Source: an uncultured Lachnospiraceae bacterium
GTDB lineage: Bacteria > Bacillota > Clostridia > Lachnospirales > Lachnospiraceae
DNA: 22,790 nucleotides
NCBI GenBank assembly: GCA_947383945.1
Contig: CANDFH010000005.1
Coordinates: 1-22,790, forward strand
Direction of reading: 5' to 3'
In this document: positions 6,519 to 17,806 of the stretch, in pieces
Numbering within the stretch: the stretch's first letter is position 1
Layout of the letters: each line of letters opens with the position of its first letter
Translations under genes and position numbers: made by a program
The notes under the pieces: model-generated
Database searches by the model: none
Seen by the model: only the letters and a program-made list of their open reading frames with translations
Told to the model about the DNA's origin: nothing

Positions 6519-7514
6519 TTATCTTGAAAGCTTCCTTGACATATCATACATGTACGGGTCAAGCGTTTTCTTCATCGCAAGAGCTTCCTCAATATCAAAA
6601 TCAACAAACTCTCCATGCTTGTACGCCACAACGCGGTTGCTTCCTCCGGCGCTCAAGATATCCACCGCCTTCGCACCCATCGACGAAGCGTACACACGGT
6701 CCTTGCAAGTTGGGCTTCCGCCGCGCTGAATATGTCCAATAATCGTCGCTCTTGTCTCCACGCCGGTAGCATTCTCAATTCTCTCCGCCATCGCGTAAGA
6801 ATCCCCGATTCCCTCGGCGTTAATAATAATATGGTGCGTTTTTCCAATCTTCTTTTTTGCCCGGATATTGTCAATAATTTTGCTCTCATCGCGGTCGTAG
6901 CGCTCCACAGTCAAGATATCCTCCGCACCGTTCGCAATACCGCACCAAAGCGCAATATAACCGGCATTTCTGCCCATCACTTCAATAATGCTGCACCGTT
7001 CATGGGAAGTTGAAGTGTCGCGCACTTTATCAATCGCCTCCATCGCGGTATTTACCGCGGTGTCAAAACCAATGGTATACTCTGTGCAGGCAATGTCAAG
7101 ATCGATCGTTCCCGGTACGCCGACCGTGTTGATCCCTCTTGCGGCAAGCTGCCTTGCCCCCTGAAAGGAACCGTCTCCGCCGATCACAACAAGACCGTCA
7201 ATCCCATGTTTCCTACATATAGCAGCTCCCTTATCTTGTCCATTTGCGGTCATAAATTCTGGGCAGCGTGCAGTGTAAAGAACTGTACCACCTTTTTGGA
7301 TAATATCCGAAACACTTTTCGCTGTCATATCAATAATATCTTCTTCCAGAAGACCAGTATAGCCCCTGCGTATCCCCTTCACCTTCAAGCCATTTGCCAG
7401 ACCTGTGCGCACTACCGCACGTATGGCAGCATTCATACCCGGCGCATCGCCGCCGCTCGTCAATACACCAATCGTTTTTACCTGTTTCTTTTCTGCTGTT
7501 TTTGCCTTAGCCAT
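6519..7514 (-). CDS. pfkA: ATP-dependent 6-phosphofructokinase
   Basis: The motifs GVLTSGGDAPGMNAAIRAVV, GGDGS and MGR are textbook PfkA. GGAGG ribosome-binding site. The dnaE-pfkA neighbourhood is conserved in Firmicutes. Confidence 0.95.
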   Translation of the reverse strand: MAKAKTAEKKQVKTIGVLTSGGDAPGMNAAIRAVVRTGLANGLKVKGIRRGYTGLLEEDIIDMTAKSVSDIIQKGGTVLYTARCPEFMTANGQDKGAAICRKHGIDGLVVIGGDGSFQGARQLAARGINTVGVPGTIDLDIACTEYTIGFDTAVNTAMEAIDKVRDTSTSHERCSIIEVMGRNAGYIALWCGIANGAEDILTVERYDRDESKIIDNIRAKKKIGKTHHIIINAEGIGDSYAMAERIENATGVETRATIIGHIQRGGSPTCKDRVYASSMGAKAVDILSAGGSNRVVAYKHGEFVDFDIEEALAMKKTLDPYMYDMSRKLSR

Positions 7515-7617
7515 ATCCTAAGCCTCCATGCCACGACCGTTATTTGTGGGAGCATTTCACGAGATGAGCAATGCCTGACACCATACCACAGCCCCCTCTT
7601 TCATTTTAGTATAACTT

Positions 7618-10600
7618 TCAACGTTTTTCAATACTCTTTTCTACAACTCTCACATTTTCCGGTAAAAATTGTTCACAAATTTTTTGGTAGCTCTCATTAT
7701 TTATACTAATACTTTGGCTTTTCGGAAGACGTTTTACAGCCTTTTCCTGTGCCAAATACACGCAGACAGTATCATTTCCGTCATATTCACCTAATAATGA
7801 ATACAGTTTTTGTTGATTTTCCACAAAATCAAGTTTATTGCTAAACTGTATCCAAAGCTCCCTCGGAACATCCGAAAATAAGGTTGCCTCCTGAAAAATC
7901 AACTTTGCTGGCTTATCTTCCTCCACGGTAACTTTTCCGCGGATATACAGTTTTTCATCAACGTTCAATTTCAGCTTATATTTCTCATAATCTCTTGGAA
8001 ACACAATTACTTCGACAGCTCCCGACATATCTTCCATTGTCAGATACGCCATCATTGTATTATTTCTGGTCAGTTTCAGTCTTTTTGCTGTCACCATACC
8101 ACCGATTACTTCCGTCGCCCCATCCTGAACTTTGCTCTCCCCGGTTTCTTCATCAACAAGAAAATCAAGCATCGTTTTTGTCACATTCTTTTTCATTGCC
8201 GTCTCGTAAGTTTCAAGTGGATGCCCGCTGATATAGATACCAAGAACTTCCTTTTCAAAGCCGAGCAATTCTTCTTTTGTGTACTCCCCAACATTTGGAA
8301 AACTATTGTCATAAGCTTGTTTTTCCTCCGGTGCAAACAGGTCAAACATCGACATCTGACCAGTTATAGACTGCTTTTTTGTCTCTGCTATTGCATCAAG
8401 GATTGAAATATAAACATACATTTTCTGCTTGCGCGTGCCTGGTATTGTATCAAGCGCGCCGGATTTGATAAAACTTTCCAGTGTTCTTTTGTTGACTTCC
8501 TTGTTCGACAGCCGCTCAATAAAATCTTTCAGCCCCTTGTATAATCCATTTGTTTCACGCTCCTTGACAAGCTCGTCAATCACAGGTTTTCCAAGCCCTT
8601 TGATCGCCGTCAATCCGTAGCGTATCGCCCCGTTATCGACGGAAAATGATGCTTCGCCGACATTGATGTCCGGCGGAAGAATCGCAATGCCAAGCTGTCT
8701 GCAATTAAATATGTACTCTGCGACTTTGTTTGGATTATCAATTACCGAAGTCATCAATGCCGCCATAAATTCGACCGGATAATAACATTTCAAAAAGGCG
8801 GTCTGATACGCGACAACTGCATAAGCCGCCGCATGGGATTTATTAAATGCATACTTTGCAAAATCAATCATCTCGTCATAAATATGATTTGCAACCTTCT
8901 CTGGAATTCCTTTTGCAATACAGCCGGGAACATTCTCCTCCTCGTTGCCGTAAACAAAATTTTTCCTCTCCTTTTCCATCACAGACGCTTTTTTCTTCGA
9001 CATTGCGCGGCGCACAAGGTCACTGCGTCCATAGCTGTAGCCTGCGAGATCCCGCACAATCTGCATTACCTGCTCCTGGTAGACAATACAGCCGTAAGTC
9101 GGCTCCAAAATCGGCTCCAATTCTTTGCATTCATACTGGATTGAAGCCGGCTCGTTTTTCCCTTTGATATATTTTGGAATAAAATCCATCGGTCCCGGAC
9201 GATAAAGCGAAATACCCGCGATTACATCCTCAATATTATGCGGTTTCAACTCTTTGATAAAGCTTTTCATCCCGCCGCTTTCCAACTGAAAAATCCCTTC
9301 GGTCTTACCGGAACAAAGCAGATCATACACTTTTGCATCCGCGTAATCAATTTTATCAATATCGAGAACTCCTCCGATAAATCCCGGATATTCTTCCCCT
9401 GCCGCAGCCCTTTTCCCGTATTCTTTCTGGACAAGCCTCACTGCATTCTGAATTACTGTCAATGTGCGAAGTCCTAGAAAATCCATTTTCAAAAGGCCCA
9501 ATTCCTCAAGCGTCGTCATTGTAAACTGCGTTGTAATCGTGTCTTCTGACGAGCGGGAAAGAGGGACGTAATCGTCTGCCGGGGCATTACTGATCACGAC
9601 GCCTGCTGCGTGCATTGAGGCATGGCGCGCCAGACCTTCCAAGCGTTTTGACATATCAACCAAATATTTTACCTGCTCGTCGCCACGGTACGCCGACGCA
9701 AAATCAGGATTCATTTTTAACGCTTTATCCAATGTGATATTCAGCTCTTTTGGAACCATTTTTGCAATTGCATCACATTGTGCATAAGGCATATCAAGTG
9801 CTCGTCCCACATCGCGCAGCACACCTTTGGCCGCCATTGTACCAAAAGTAACAATCTGCACTACCCGATCTTTGCCATATTTTTCAACAACATAGTCAAT
9901 TACTTCCTGTCTGCGCTCAAAACAAAAGTCAATATCAATATCAGGCATAGTCAGGCGTTCTGGGTTTAAAAACCGCTCAAACAACAAGTTATATTTGATT
10001 GGATCAATATTTGTAATTTCCAGACAATAAGAAACTATACTGCCCGCAGCACTTCCGCGCCCAGGTCCTACTGCGATTCCGCGCTCTTTCGCATACCGGA
10101 TAAAATCCCATACAATTAAAAAATAATCCACAAAACCCATATTGTGGATTGTGTCCATCTCATACTGCAGACGTTCTTCCAATTCCTGAAAGTTTTCTGG
10201 ATAGCGGCGTTTTAGCCCTTCATGGCACAGTTTTTGAAGATATTCCCACGCGGTATAACCGTCTGGCACATCAAATTTCGGCAATTTATAATTTCCAAAT
10301 TCAATCTCAACATTACACTGTTCTGCAATCTTATGCGTATTTTCAACAGCCTCTTTCGCGTAGGGAAACAGCTCTTCCATCTCCTGCGGGGACTTAATAT
10401 AATACTGTCCGCCCTCGTAGCGCATTCGGTTTTCGTCGGACACCTTTTTTTGTGTCTGAATACATAAAAGAATATCATGCGCTTTCCAGTCTTCGGCAAG
10501 CGTATAATGGACGTCATTTGTCGCTACAAGCGGCAGCCCAGTTTCTTTTGACATGCGCAAAAGCCCCTGATTGACCGTTCTTTGTTCTGGAATTCCATGA

Positions 10601-11130
10601 TCTTGCAGTTCAAGGAAAAAATTCCCCTCCCCAAAAATCCCGGAAAGTTCCATCGCCGCCTTTTTTGCCTCCTCATAGAATCCTCTGCGCAAAAGGGCTG
10701 CCACCTCCCCCGCAAGGCAGGCGGAAAGCGCGATAATTCCCTCGTGATGCTCCATAAGCAGCTCCCGGTCTACACGCGGTTTGTAGTAAAATCCTTCAAT
10801 AAATCCTTTGGATACAATCTTCATTAAATTGGAATATCCAACATTATTTTTTGCAAGCAGAACAAGATGAAAGTAGCGCTCCTCCGCGGCGGCTCCCTCC
10901 TTCTCAAAACGAGAACCCGGCGCGACATAAACCTCGCAGCCTAAAATCGGCCGAATCCCCTCCGCTTTACACGCGCGGTAAAAATCAATCACACCGTACA
11001 TAACACCGTGGTCTGTGATCGCCATGCTGTCCATACCAAGTTCTTTTGCACGCAGCACCATCTCCTTGATTTTGCCCGAACCATCCAAAAGACTGTACTC
11101 TGTATGTACATGTAGATGAGTAAACGCCAT
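7618..11130 (-). CDS. dnaE: DNA polymerase III alpha subunit (DnaE type)
   Basis: 1170 aa. N-terminal PHP domain (HLHVHTEYSLLDG). Both the length and the C-terminal OB-fold region fit DnaE rather than PolC. AGGAGG ribosome-binding site. Confidence 0.95.
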   Translation of the reverse strand: MAFTHLHVHTEYSLLDGSGKIKEMVLRAKELGMDSMAITDHGVMYGVIDFYRACKAEGIRPILGCEVYVAPGSRFEKEGAAAEERYFHLVLLAKNNVGYSNLMKIVSKGFIEGFYYKPRVDRELLMEHHEGIIALSACLAGEVAALLRRGFYEEAKKAAMELSGIFGEGNFFLELQDHGIPEQRTVNQGLLRMSKETGLPLVATNDVHYTLAEDWKAHDILLCIQTQKKVSDENRMRYEGGQYYIKSPQEMEELFPYAKEAVENTHKIAEQCNVEIEFGNYKLPKFDVPDGYTAWEYLQKLCHEGLKRRYPENFQELEERLQYEMDTIHNMGFVDYFLIVWDFIRYAKERGIAVGPGRGSAAGSIVSYCLEITNIDPIKYNLLFERFLNPERLTMPDIDIDFCFERRQEVIDYVVEKYGKDRVVQIVTFGTMAAKGVLRDVGRALDMPYAQCDAIAKMVPKELNITLDKALKMNPDFASAYRGDEQVKYLVDMSKRLEGLARHASMHAAGVVISNAPADDYVPLSRSSEDTITTQFTMTTLEELGLLKMDFLGLRTLTVIQNAVRLVQKEYGKRAAAGEEYPGFIGGVLDIDKIDYADAKVYDLLCSGKTEGIFQLESGGMKSFIKELKPHNIEDVIAGISLYRPGPMDFIPKYIKGKNEPASIQYECKELEPILEPTYGCIVYQEQVMQIVRDLAGYSYGRSDLVRRAMSKKKASVMEKERKNFVYGNEEENVPGCIAKGIPEKVANHIYDEMIDFAKYAFNKSHAAAYAVVAYQTAFLKCYYPVEFMAALMTSVIDNPNKVAEYIFNCRQLGIAILPPDINVGEASFSVDNGAIRYGLTAIKGLGKPVIDELVKERETNGLYKGLKDFIERLSNKEVNKRTLESFIKSGALDTIPGTRKQKMYVYISILDAIAETKKQSITGQMSMFDLFAPEEKQAYDNSFPNVGEYTKEELLGFEKEVLGIYISGHPLETYETAMKKNVTKTMLDFLVDEETGESKVQDGATEVIGGMVTAKRLKLTRNNTMMAYLTMEDMSGAVEVIVFPRDYEKYKLKLNVDEKLYIRGKVTVEEDKPAKLIFQEATLFSDVPRELWIQFSNKLDFVENQQKLYSLLGEYDGNDTVCVYLAQEKAVKRLPKSQSISINNESYQKICEQFLPENVRVVEKSIEKR

Positions 11131-11257
11131 GTAGTACCTCCTGATTCTCTTTATGTTAATGATTTGACTTGATACAAATGCTTTTTATATTATAATTATA
11201 TTGTTATTATAATATATTTTTCATTGTATTTCTATGTAATTCTGGAATTTTTTCACC

Positions 11258-11307
11258 CTATAAGAATCATAAAAAAAGAAATCTTTTATCCTATAAGAAT
11301 TATAAAA
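11258..11307. repeat. Two 19-bp direct repeats CCTATAAGAAT(C/T)ATAAAAA (11258-11276 and 11289-11307) in the dnaE upstream region
   Basis: 18 of 19 identical positions, 31 bp apart. Located between the uvrC stop and the dnaE start. Confidence 0.55.
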
Positions 11308-11313
11308 ACACTT

Positions 11314-13407
11314 CTATTGTATTTTGATATCTTCCTCACTTGTTTTTTGATGAAAAAATTGATACACCTGCTCTGCCGCAGCGCGGTTAAATTCCGGCAG
11401 CTCTGCAATTTCTTCTGCTGTGGCCAATTTTAACGCATCAAGCGATTCATACTTTTTCATCAGCGCTCTGCGGCGCACTGCTCCAATTCCCGGAATATCG
11501 TCAAGAATGGAATGTACCTGCGCTTTTCCCCGCAATGAGCGGTGATATTCAATCGCAAAACGGTGCGTTTCATCCTGAATCCGGGTAACCAGCCGAAATG
11601 CTTCGCTTGCCGTATCAATCGGTATCTCTTCATTATTATAATATAGTCCCCGCGTGCGGTGATGGTCATCCTTTACCATGCCGCACACTGTAACCCCGGT
11701 AATTCCCAATTCATCCAGTACTTCAAGCGCAATATTCACCTGCCCGCGCCCGCCGTCCATCATAATCAAATCTGGAAAACACTGAAAACTGTCGAGCGTT
11801 TTGGAACTTTTTTTCTTATCGTCAGTTTTTTTACTCTTTTCTTTTTCTTCCAATATATCAATATCTTCTGTTTTTTCTGTCTGAAATAATGTGCGGGCTT
11901 CTCTGACTTTCTGGCTGCTTTCCTGTGGCAGCTCGCTGGATGCAAGATCATTTATGATTTCAGAAGAAGATATCCCAGAAATTTCTTGTTTGTCTTTTTT
12001 ACTTTCTGGCAGTGATTCAAGAACTGAGGCATTTTGTCCATGAAGAAAACGCCTTGTCAGCACTTCCCTCATGCTCGCATAATCGTCCGCCCCGATGACA
12101 GTTCGTATCTTAAACTTGCGGTAATCATTCTTTTTCGGCTTCCCATTCTCATAGACGACCATCGACCCGACGGATTCAAACCCGCTGGTATTTGAAATAT
12201 CGTAAGATTCAATCCGGCAAATCTGCGGCAGTCCAAGCCATTCAGCAATCTGCTTTACCGCGCCTGTTGTGCGGGCTTTTTCCCGCTTTATCTTCTCAGT
12301 ATCCTGCTGCAATACCATAGATGCGTTTTTTTCCGCAAGCGCAATCAAACGCTCTTTATCACCGCGCTGCGGCACAAGAATTTTTACGCGGCTGCCGCGC
12401 TTGCCCGAAAGCCACTCAGCAATCAGTGCTTCCTCTTCCTCACGCAGTTTCTCACTAAGCAGCAGCTCTTTTGGCAAGTATGGCGTACCTGCATAGTACT
12501 GCTTTAAAAAGTTTGCCATAATATCGGGTCTTTCTTCATTTTCAACGCCAGTCAAATAAAAGTGTTCTCTGCCAAGCATCTTTCCCTCACGAATAAAAAA
12601 TACTTGTACAACTGCTTCGTCGCCCGCCGTTGCAAATGCGATCACATCCCGGTTGCTGCCTGCAGTATCGCTGGCTTTCTGCTGCTGAGAGAGCTTTTTT
12701 ACATTGTTTAACAAATCCCGGTATTCCGCCGCCTTTTCAAACTCCATCTTCTCGGAAGCCGCCATCATCTCCGCCGTCAGTTTTTTTGTTAAAATACTGT
12801 AATTACCATTTAAAAATTCCAGGATTTCATCAATATTTCTCTGGTAATCTTCTCTTGAAATGTAATTTTGGCACGGAGCCTTACACTGCCCGATATGATA
12901 ATATAAACATGGTCTGCCCTGCGCTTTTTCGCCGGACAGCTGTTTATTGCAGCTGCGGTAACAGTAAGTTTTCCGCAGCAGTTCCAGCGTTTCTTTCACC
13001 GCGTAGCCACTCGCATAGGGTCCGAAATATTTTGCTTTATCACGCTCCTGATGATGTGCATAGAGAACTCTTGGAAACGTCTCATTCACGGTCACTTTAA
13101 TATACGGATAACTCTTGTCATCCTTGAGCATTGTATTATATTTTGGCTGGTGTTCTTTGATTAAATTGCATTCCAGCACAAGCGCTTCCATCTCAGAATC
13201 CACGACAATATATTCAAAATATGCAATATGTGCAACCATCTGCTGTATTTTGGGCGATTTTCCACGGCTGCTCTGGAAATATTGGCGCACGCGGTTTTTT
13301 AAACTCACTGCCTTGCCAACATAGATAATTGTATCATGTTTGTCGTGCATAATATAAACGCCCGGCTTGCCGGGCAGTTTTTTTAATTCCTCCTCGATAT
13401 CAAACAT
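11314..13407 (-). CDS. uvrC: Excinuclease ABC subunit C
   Basis: GIY-YIG N-terminus ([19 protein letters not shown]), a UvrBC-interaction region, an RNase-H-like domain and a C-terminal (HhH)2. The likely start is ATG at 13407 (MFDIEE..., preceded by AGGGGA) rather than the track's TTG at 13455. Contains an insertion of about 86 aa of low-complexity sequence. Confidence 0.9.
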   Translation of the reverse strand: MFDIEEELKKLPGKPGVYIMHDKHDTIIYVGKAVSLKNRVRQYFQSSRGKSPKIQQMVAHIAYFEYIVVDSEMEALVLECNLIKEHQPKYNTMLKDDKSYPYIKVTVNETFPRVLYAHHQERDKAKYFGPYASGYAVKETLELLRKTYCYRSCNKQLSGEKAQGRPCLYYHIGQCKAPCQNYISREDYQRNIDEILEFLNGNYSILTKKLTAEMMAASEKMEFEKAAEYRDLLNNVKKLSQQQKASDTAGSNRDVIAFATAGDEAVVQVFFIREGKMLGREHFYLTGVENEERPDIMANFLKQYYAGTPYLPKELLLSEKLREEEEALIAEWLSGKRGSRVKILVPQRGDKERLIALAEKNASMVLQQDTEKIKREKARTTGAVKQIAEWLGLPQICRIESYDISNTSGFESVGSMVVYENGKPKKNDYRKFKIRTVIGADDYASMREVLTRRFLHGQNASVLESLPESKKDKQEISGISSSEIINDLASSELPQESSQKVREARTLFQTEKTEDIDILEEKEKSKKTDDKKKSSKTLDSFQCFPDLIMMDGGRGQVNIALEVLDELGITGVTVCGMVKDDHHRTRGLYYNNEEIPIDTASEAFRLVTRIQDETHRFAIEYHRSLRGKAQVHSILDDIPGIGAVRRRALMKKYESLDALKLATAEEIAELPEFNRAAAEQVYQFFHQKTSEEDIKIQ

Positions 13408-13538
13408 GGCGTTTCCCCTTATCATCATTTCACTATTTTTGCCTGTTTGTGTCAAAAATTATTTCAGTTTCGCTTTTGCCTGCGCGCTGGTCCCCTCAGA
13501 AGGCAGCAAGAATCCCTTGCCTTCTGGCATGGGGAATG

Positions 13539-15500
13539 TTATTCTGCCACTGTACCTTCTGTACGCTCCGGCTGTACCAATGGAGAATCTTCCTGATTTT
13601 CTTTTGCATCTTCCGAAATTCCTTTTACCTCGCGAAAAATTTCAATAAATTCTTTTCCTGTGATTGTCTCTTTCTCAAACAGGTATTCTGCCAGCTTATC
13701 CAGCGCATCCCTGTTTTCTTTCATAATCGCAACTGCTTTATCATAGCTCTGCTTTAAAAGTCTCATAACCTCTTTGTCAATTTCTGCGGAAGTATCATCA
13801 GCGCAATTTAACACTGGTCTGCCGTCAAGATATCTGCTCTCAATCGACTCTAACCCAATCAAACCGAATTTTTCGGACATACCATACTGCGTGATCATCG
13901 CGCGCGCAAGTGATGTCGCTTTTTCAATATCGTTTGACGCACCTGTTGTAACGGAGTGAAATACAACCTCCTCCGCAGCGCGCCCGCCAAGCAGCATAAC
14001 AAGCCTTGTCAAAAGCTCCTCTTTGCTCATCAAGTATTTTTCTTCTTCTGGAACCTGCATTACATAGCCAAGACTTCCCATGGTTCTTGGAACAATGGTA
14101 ATTTTCTGAACTGGCTCAGCCTTTTTTTCAAGCGCTGTCACAAGTGCGTGACCAATTTCATGATAAGCGACAATCTGCTTTTCTTCTTTATTAAGAATGC
14201 GGTCTTTTTTCTCTTTGCCCGCAATCACGACATCGACAGATTCATAGAGATCCGCCTGTGTAACAACGGTGCGCCCCTCTTTCACCGCAAGAATCGCAGC
14301 CTCGTTAATCATATTGGCAAGGTCAGAACCAACTGCGCCGGAAGTTGCTAATGCGATCGCCTCCAAATCGACAGAATCATGCATCAATACATTTTTTGAA
14401 TGAACCTTTAATATTTCCAAACGCCCTTTTAAATCCGGCTTATCTACAATAATTCTGCGGTCAAAGCGACCTGGACGCAAAAGCGCTTTATCCAACACTT
14501 CTGGACGGTTTGTAGCTGCTAAAATCACAATACCTTTTGATGTATCAAAACCATCCATCTCCGAGAGCAGCTGGTTTAATGTCTGTTCCCGCTCGTCGTT
14601 TCCTCCCCCGCCATAATGCGCGTCACGGCTTTTTCCAATCGCGTCGATCTCATCGATAAAGACAATACACGGAGCCTGGCTCTGCGCTTGTTTAAACAAA
14701 TCCCTTACACGAGCTGCGCCGACGCCGACAAACATCTCCATAAAATCTGAACCGGAAAGCGAGAAAAACGGCACTTTTGCTTCGCCTGCCACCGCTTTTG
14801 CGAGCAGCGTCTTACCGGTTCCAGGAGGTCCAACCAACAACGCACCTTTTGGAAGTTTTGCACCGATTCTGGTATATTTACCCGGATTATGCAAGAAATC
14901 TACCAGTTCTTTCACAGACTCTTTTGCTTCTTCCTCACCTGCCACATCTTTAAATGTAATACCCGTCTCCTTCTCCACATATACTTTCGCATTGCTCTTA
15001 CCAACGCCGCCCATCATGCCTCCGCTTTTTGTGATCATACGGAACAAGAAAAACATAACGACATAGATCAAAATAAACGGCAGCACATAAGACAGGATAA
15101 TATCGAGAATTGTGACGCTCTTATCTGTGTAGGTCGCCGCATAAAATACTCCCGCATCCTCACACCGCTGCTGCAGTTTTGTATCATAAGGGAAAAAACC
15201 TGTATAGTACGTAATGCCCTCCTGATAGCTGGAACTAGCTGTGGATGGCGAAAATACAATTCTCTCCTTATCCGGCTGCACTTCCACCTTTGATAACTTC
15301 CCCTGCTCAAGCATACTGATAAACTCGCCGTAAGTAACTTCGCGCAATGTACTCGCTTCAAGCTGTTTTGTCATGTAAGAAAACAGACCGAGTACGAACA
15401 ATGCTGCTACCAGGCAGATCAGCCAGCCAAAACGGTTGTTCTTTTTCTTATTCTCCTGGTTGTTGTTTTGATTGTTGTTCTGATTATTTTGATTATCCAT
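13539..15500 (-). CDS. ftsH: ATP-dependent zinc metalloprotease FtsH
   Basis: TM helices, AAA+ Walker [12 protein letters not shown] region, and zinc site HEIGHA. GGAG ribosome-binding site. The N-terminus is N/Q-rich. Confidence 0.95.
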   Translation of the reverse strand: MDNQNNQNNNQNNNQENKKKNNRFGWLICLVAALFVLGLFSYMTKQLEASTLREVTYGEFISMLEQGKLSKVEVQPDKERIVFSPSTASSSYQEGITYYTGFFPYDTKLQQRCEDAGVFYAATYTDKSVTILDIILSYVLPFILIYVVMFFLFRMITKSGGMMGGVGKSNAKVYVEKETGITFKDVAGEEEAKESVKELVDFLHNPGKYTRIGAKLPKGALLVGPPGTGKTLLAKAVAGEAKVPFFSLSGSDFMEMFVGVGAARVRDLFKQAQSQAPCIVFIDEIDAIGKSRDAHYGGGGNDEREQTLNQLLSEMDGFDTSKGIVILAATNRPEVLDKALLRPGRFDRRIIVDKPDLKGRLEILKVHSKNVLMHDSVDLEAIALATSGAVGSDLANMINEAAILAVKEGRTVVTQADLYESVDVVIAGKEKKDRILNKEEKQIVAYHEIGHALVTALEKKAEPVQKITIVPRTMGSLGYVMQVPEEEKYLMSKEELLTRLVMLLGGRAAEEVVFHSVTTGASNDIEKATSLARAMITQYGMSEKFGLIGLESIESRYLDGRPVLNCADDTSAEIDKEVMRLLKQSYDKAVAIMKENRDALDKLAEYLFEKETITGKEFIEIFREVKGISEDAKENQEDSPLVQPERTEGTVAE

Positions 15501-15854
15501 TTGGACTCCTTTTTTCCCTTATTCAGCCGTGATGCTGTATCTAGTACCAGCAGCCCTCCACAGACCTGTTCCTTCGGATGGCGACGATACTCAATTGTTT
15601 CCATTATAATAGTAGACATGTTATAAATCAAGAATTTATATGGAATTTCACTGATTTTTCATAAATTTTACTAGGCGCAAAAAATCACATCCTTTTGGCG
15701 GTGAAAAGAATGTTACTCTTCCTAATATTTTACCCATATATCATTTTGCATTTATTCCATCAGCGAACTTCCATTTTTTGAAAAAAAAACTGGATTTTCT
15801 TTTTTATTTGTGTTATGATAACAATTGTTTTTATGAATACTAACAAAGACGTTA

Positions 15855-15913
15855 GCATTTAGGATAGTGTACCCGAAATTTTGCGGCTGCTCTCTATCCT
15901 GGATGCTTTTTTT
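15855..15913 (+). terminator. pyrG leader hairpin with a T7 run; candidate transcription attenuator
   Basis: Outer stem GCAT/ATGC and inner stem GGATAG/CTATCC (15855-15906) are followed directly by TTTTTTT at 15907-15913, about 27 nt before the pyrG ATG. Leader attenuation of pyrG is known in Gram-positives. Confidence 0.45.
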
Positions 15914-15939
15914 CTTTGTTGCAGGGAAAGGGAAATAAA

Positions 15940-17550
15940 ATGTGTGTTAAATATGTATTTGTAACCGGCGGTGTTGTATCTGGTCTTGGAAAAGGAATTA
16001 CTGCTGCATCCCTTGGTCGTCTGCTGAAAGCACGCGGCTACCATGTCACAATGCAGAAGTTTGACCCTTATATCAACATCGATCCTGGCACGATGAATCC
16101 AATTCAGCACGGCGAAGTGTTTGTCACCGACGACGGCGCAGAAACAGATCTTGACCTTGGGCATTATGAGCGGTTTATTGATGAGAGCCTTACAAAAAAT
16201 TCTAATATCACAACGGGAAAAATCTACTGGTCTGTTCTTTCCAAAGAGCGCCGAGGAGACTTTGGCGGCGGCACTGTGCAGGTTATCCCGCATATTACAA
16301 ATGAAATCAAAGATCGTTTTTACCGCCCTGAAAACGGCAAAGCGGATAAAAATAACCCACATATTGCAATTATCGAGGTCGGCGGTACGGTCGGCGATAT
16401 TGAAAGCCAGCCGTTTCTTGAGGCGATTCGGCAGTTCCGTCATGAGGTCGGCGCTGGAAATACAATGCTGATTCACGTTACACTTATCCCTTATTTAAAA
16501 GCTTCTGGCGAGATGAAAACAAAACCGACGCAGGCGAGCGTCAAAGATCTTCAGGGCATGGGCATTCAGCCAGATCTTATTATATGCCGCACCGAATTGC
16601 CGCTTGAGCCTGGAATCCGCGAAAAAATCGCGCTTTTCTGTAATGTGCCAAGCTCTCATGTCCTGCAAAATCTGGATGCGGAAACTCTTTATGAGATCCC
16701 TCTGATGATGGAAAAAGAGCATCTTGCTGACGTTGCCTGCGAATGTTTAGAGCTTCCTTTTCGGAAGGCGGATCTCCATGAATGGACCGCTATGGTCTAT
16801 GCGTGGAAAAATCCAAAACAAACAGTAAAAATCGCACTTGTCGGCAAATACACACAGCTGCACGACGCATATATCAGCGTTGTAGAAGCTCTGAAACATG
16901 GAGCTGTCGCCTATCATTCAGAAGTTGAAATCAAGTGGATTCCTGCGGAAGATGTAACAGAAACATCCGTGTCCAAACTGCTTGGCGATGTTTCCGGCAT
17001 TCTTGTTCCCGGCGGTTTTGGTCAGCGCGGCATTGAAGGAAAAATTTGTGCCATTCAGTATGCACGTGAAAAGGGCATTCCATTTCTTGGACTTTGTCTT
17101 GGAATGCAGCTTGCAATTATAGAATTTGCACGTCATGTTATTGGGTTTGCCGACGCACACAGCACAGAACTTAACCCGGATACAAGTCATCCGGTAATTC
17201 ATCTAATGCCGGAACAAAATGGTGTGAAAAACCTTGGAGGCACGCTTCGCCTTGGCTCATACCCTTGTGTGTTGGAACCGTCCAGCAAAGCGTTCGCACT
17301 GTACGGCAGCAATTTCATCACGGAACGCCACCGCCACCGCTATGAATTAAATAATGACTATCGCAAAGTACTTACCCAATACGGCATGTCCCTATGTGGT
17401 CTCTCCCCGGACGGTCATATTGTAGAAATAATTGAACTTCCCGACCATCCATGGTTTATCGCCACACAAGCACATCCAGAATTCAAATCGCGTCCAAACC
17501 GCCCACATCCGCTGTTCTATGGTTTTATTGGAGCTGCGCTTAAAAATTAA
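15940..17550 (+). CDS. pyrG: CTP synthase (glutamine-hydrolysing)
   Basis: N-terminal [15 protein letters not shown] and a C-terminal glutamine amidotransferase domain (GLCLGMQ). The start was moved to ATG at 15940, preceded by GGAAAGGGAAA, rather than the track's TTG at 15916. Confidence 0.95.
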   Translation: MCVKYVFVTGGVVSGLGKGITAASLGRLLKARGYHVTMQKFDPYINIDPGTMNPIQHGEVFVTDDGAETDLDLGHYERFIDESLTKNSNITTGKIYWSVLSKERRGDFGGGTVQVIPHITNEIKDRFYRPENGKADKNNPHIAIIEVGGTVGDIESQPFLEAIRQFRHEVGAGNTMLIHVTLIPYLKASGEMKTKPTQASVKDLQGMGIQPDLIICRTELPLEPGIREKIALFCNVPSSHVLQNLDAETLYEIPLMMEKEHLADVACECLELPFRKADLHEWTAMVYAWKNPKQTVKIALVGKYTQLHDAYISVVEALKHGAVAYHSEVEIKWIPAEDVTETSVSKLLGDVSGILVPGGFGQRGIEGKICAIQYAREKGIPFLGLCLGMQLAIIEFARHVIGFADAHSTELNPDTSHPVIHLMPEQNGVKNLGGTLRLGSYPCVLEPSSKAFALYGSNFITERHRHRYELNNDYRKVLTQYGMSLCGLSPDGHIVEIIELPDHPWFIATQAHPEFKSRPNRPHPLFYGFIGAALKN

Positions 17551-17568
17551 TTTTATTGACAAGCTTAA

Positions 17569-17597
17569 GCAGGAGAAAATTTTTTCTCCTGCTTTTT
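17569..17597 (+). terminator. Strong intrinsic terminator of pyrG
   Basis: Stem GCAGGAGA/TCTCCTGC with a 9-nt loop, then TTTTT. Confidence 0.8.
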
Positions 17598-17668
17598 GTA
17601 TTTCTTTTTCACTGTTTATCAAGTATTTTTTTATTCGCTATAATCGATGCTCACTCCAAAAACAGGAA

Positions 17669-17688
17669 GGAGACTTTGCAAAGTCTCC
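17669..17688. terminator. 20-bp perfect palindrome GGAGACTTTGCAAAGTCTCC; probable terminator of the minus-strand GT2 gene
   Basis: 8-bp stem with a tgca loop. On the minus strand it is followed by TTCCTGTTTTT. T-rich sequence also follows on the plus strand. Confidence 0.45.
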
Positions 17689-17806
17689 CTTTCCTATTTG
17701 TCTTTCTTTGATTTAATTCCCGCAAAACTTCAAAGTCTGAATTTGACTTGCTTTCTCTTTTCATTTTGTCTGCCGATCAACAATATAAAATTTTATACTT
17801 ATTTTC

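Noticed and set aside
7995-10827. Numerous 60-170-aa plus-strand ORFs inside dnaE
   Set aside because: These are antisense shadow ORFs within a long conserved gene, with no independent signals.
15859-16476. 205-aa ORF antisense to pyrG
   Set aside because: It lies entirely within the well-conserved pyrG coding sequence on the opposite strand. It has no ribosome-binding site and no recognisable motifs. It is a shadow ORF.
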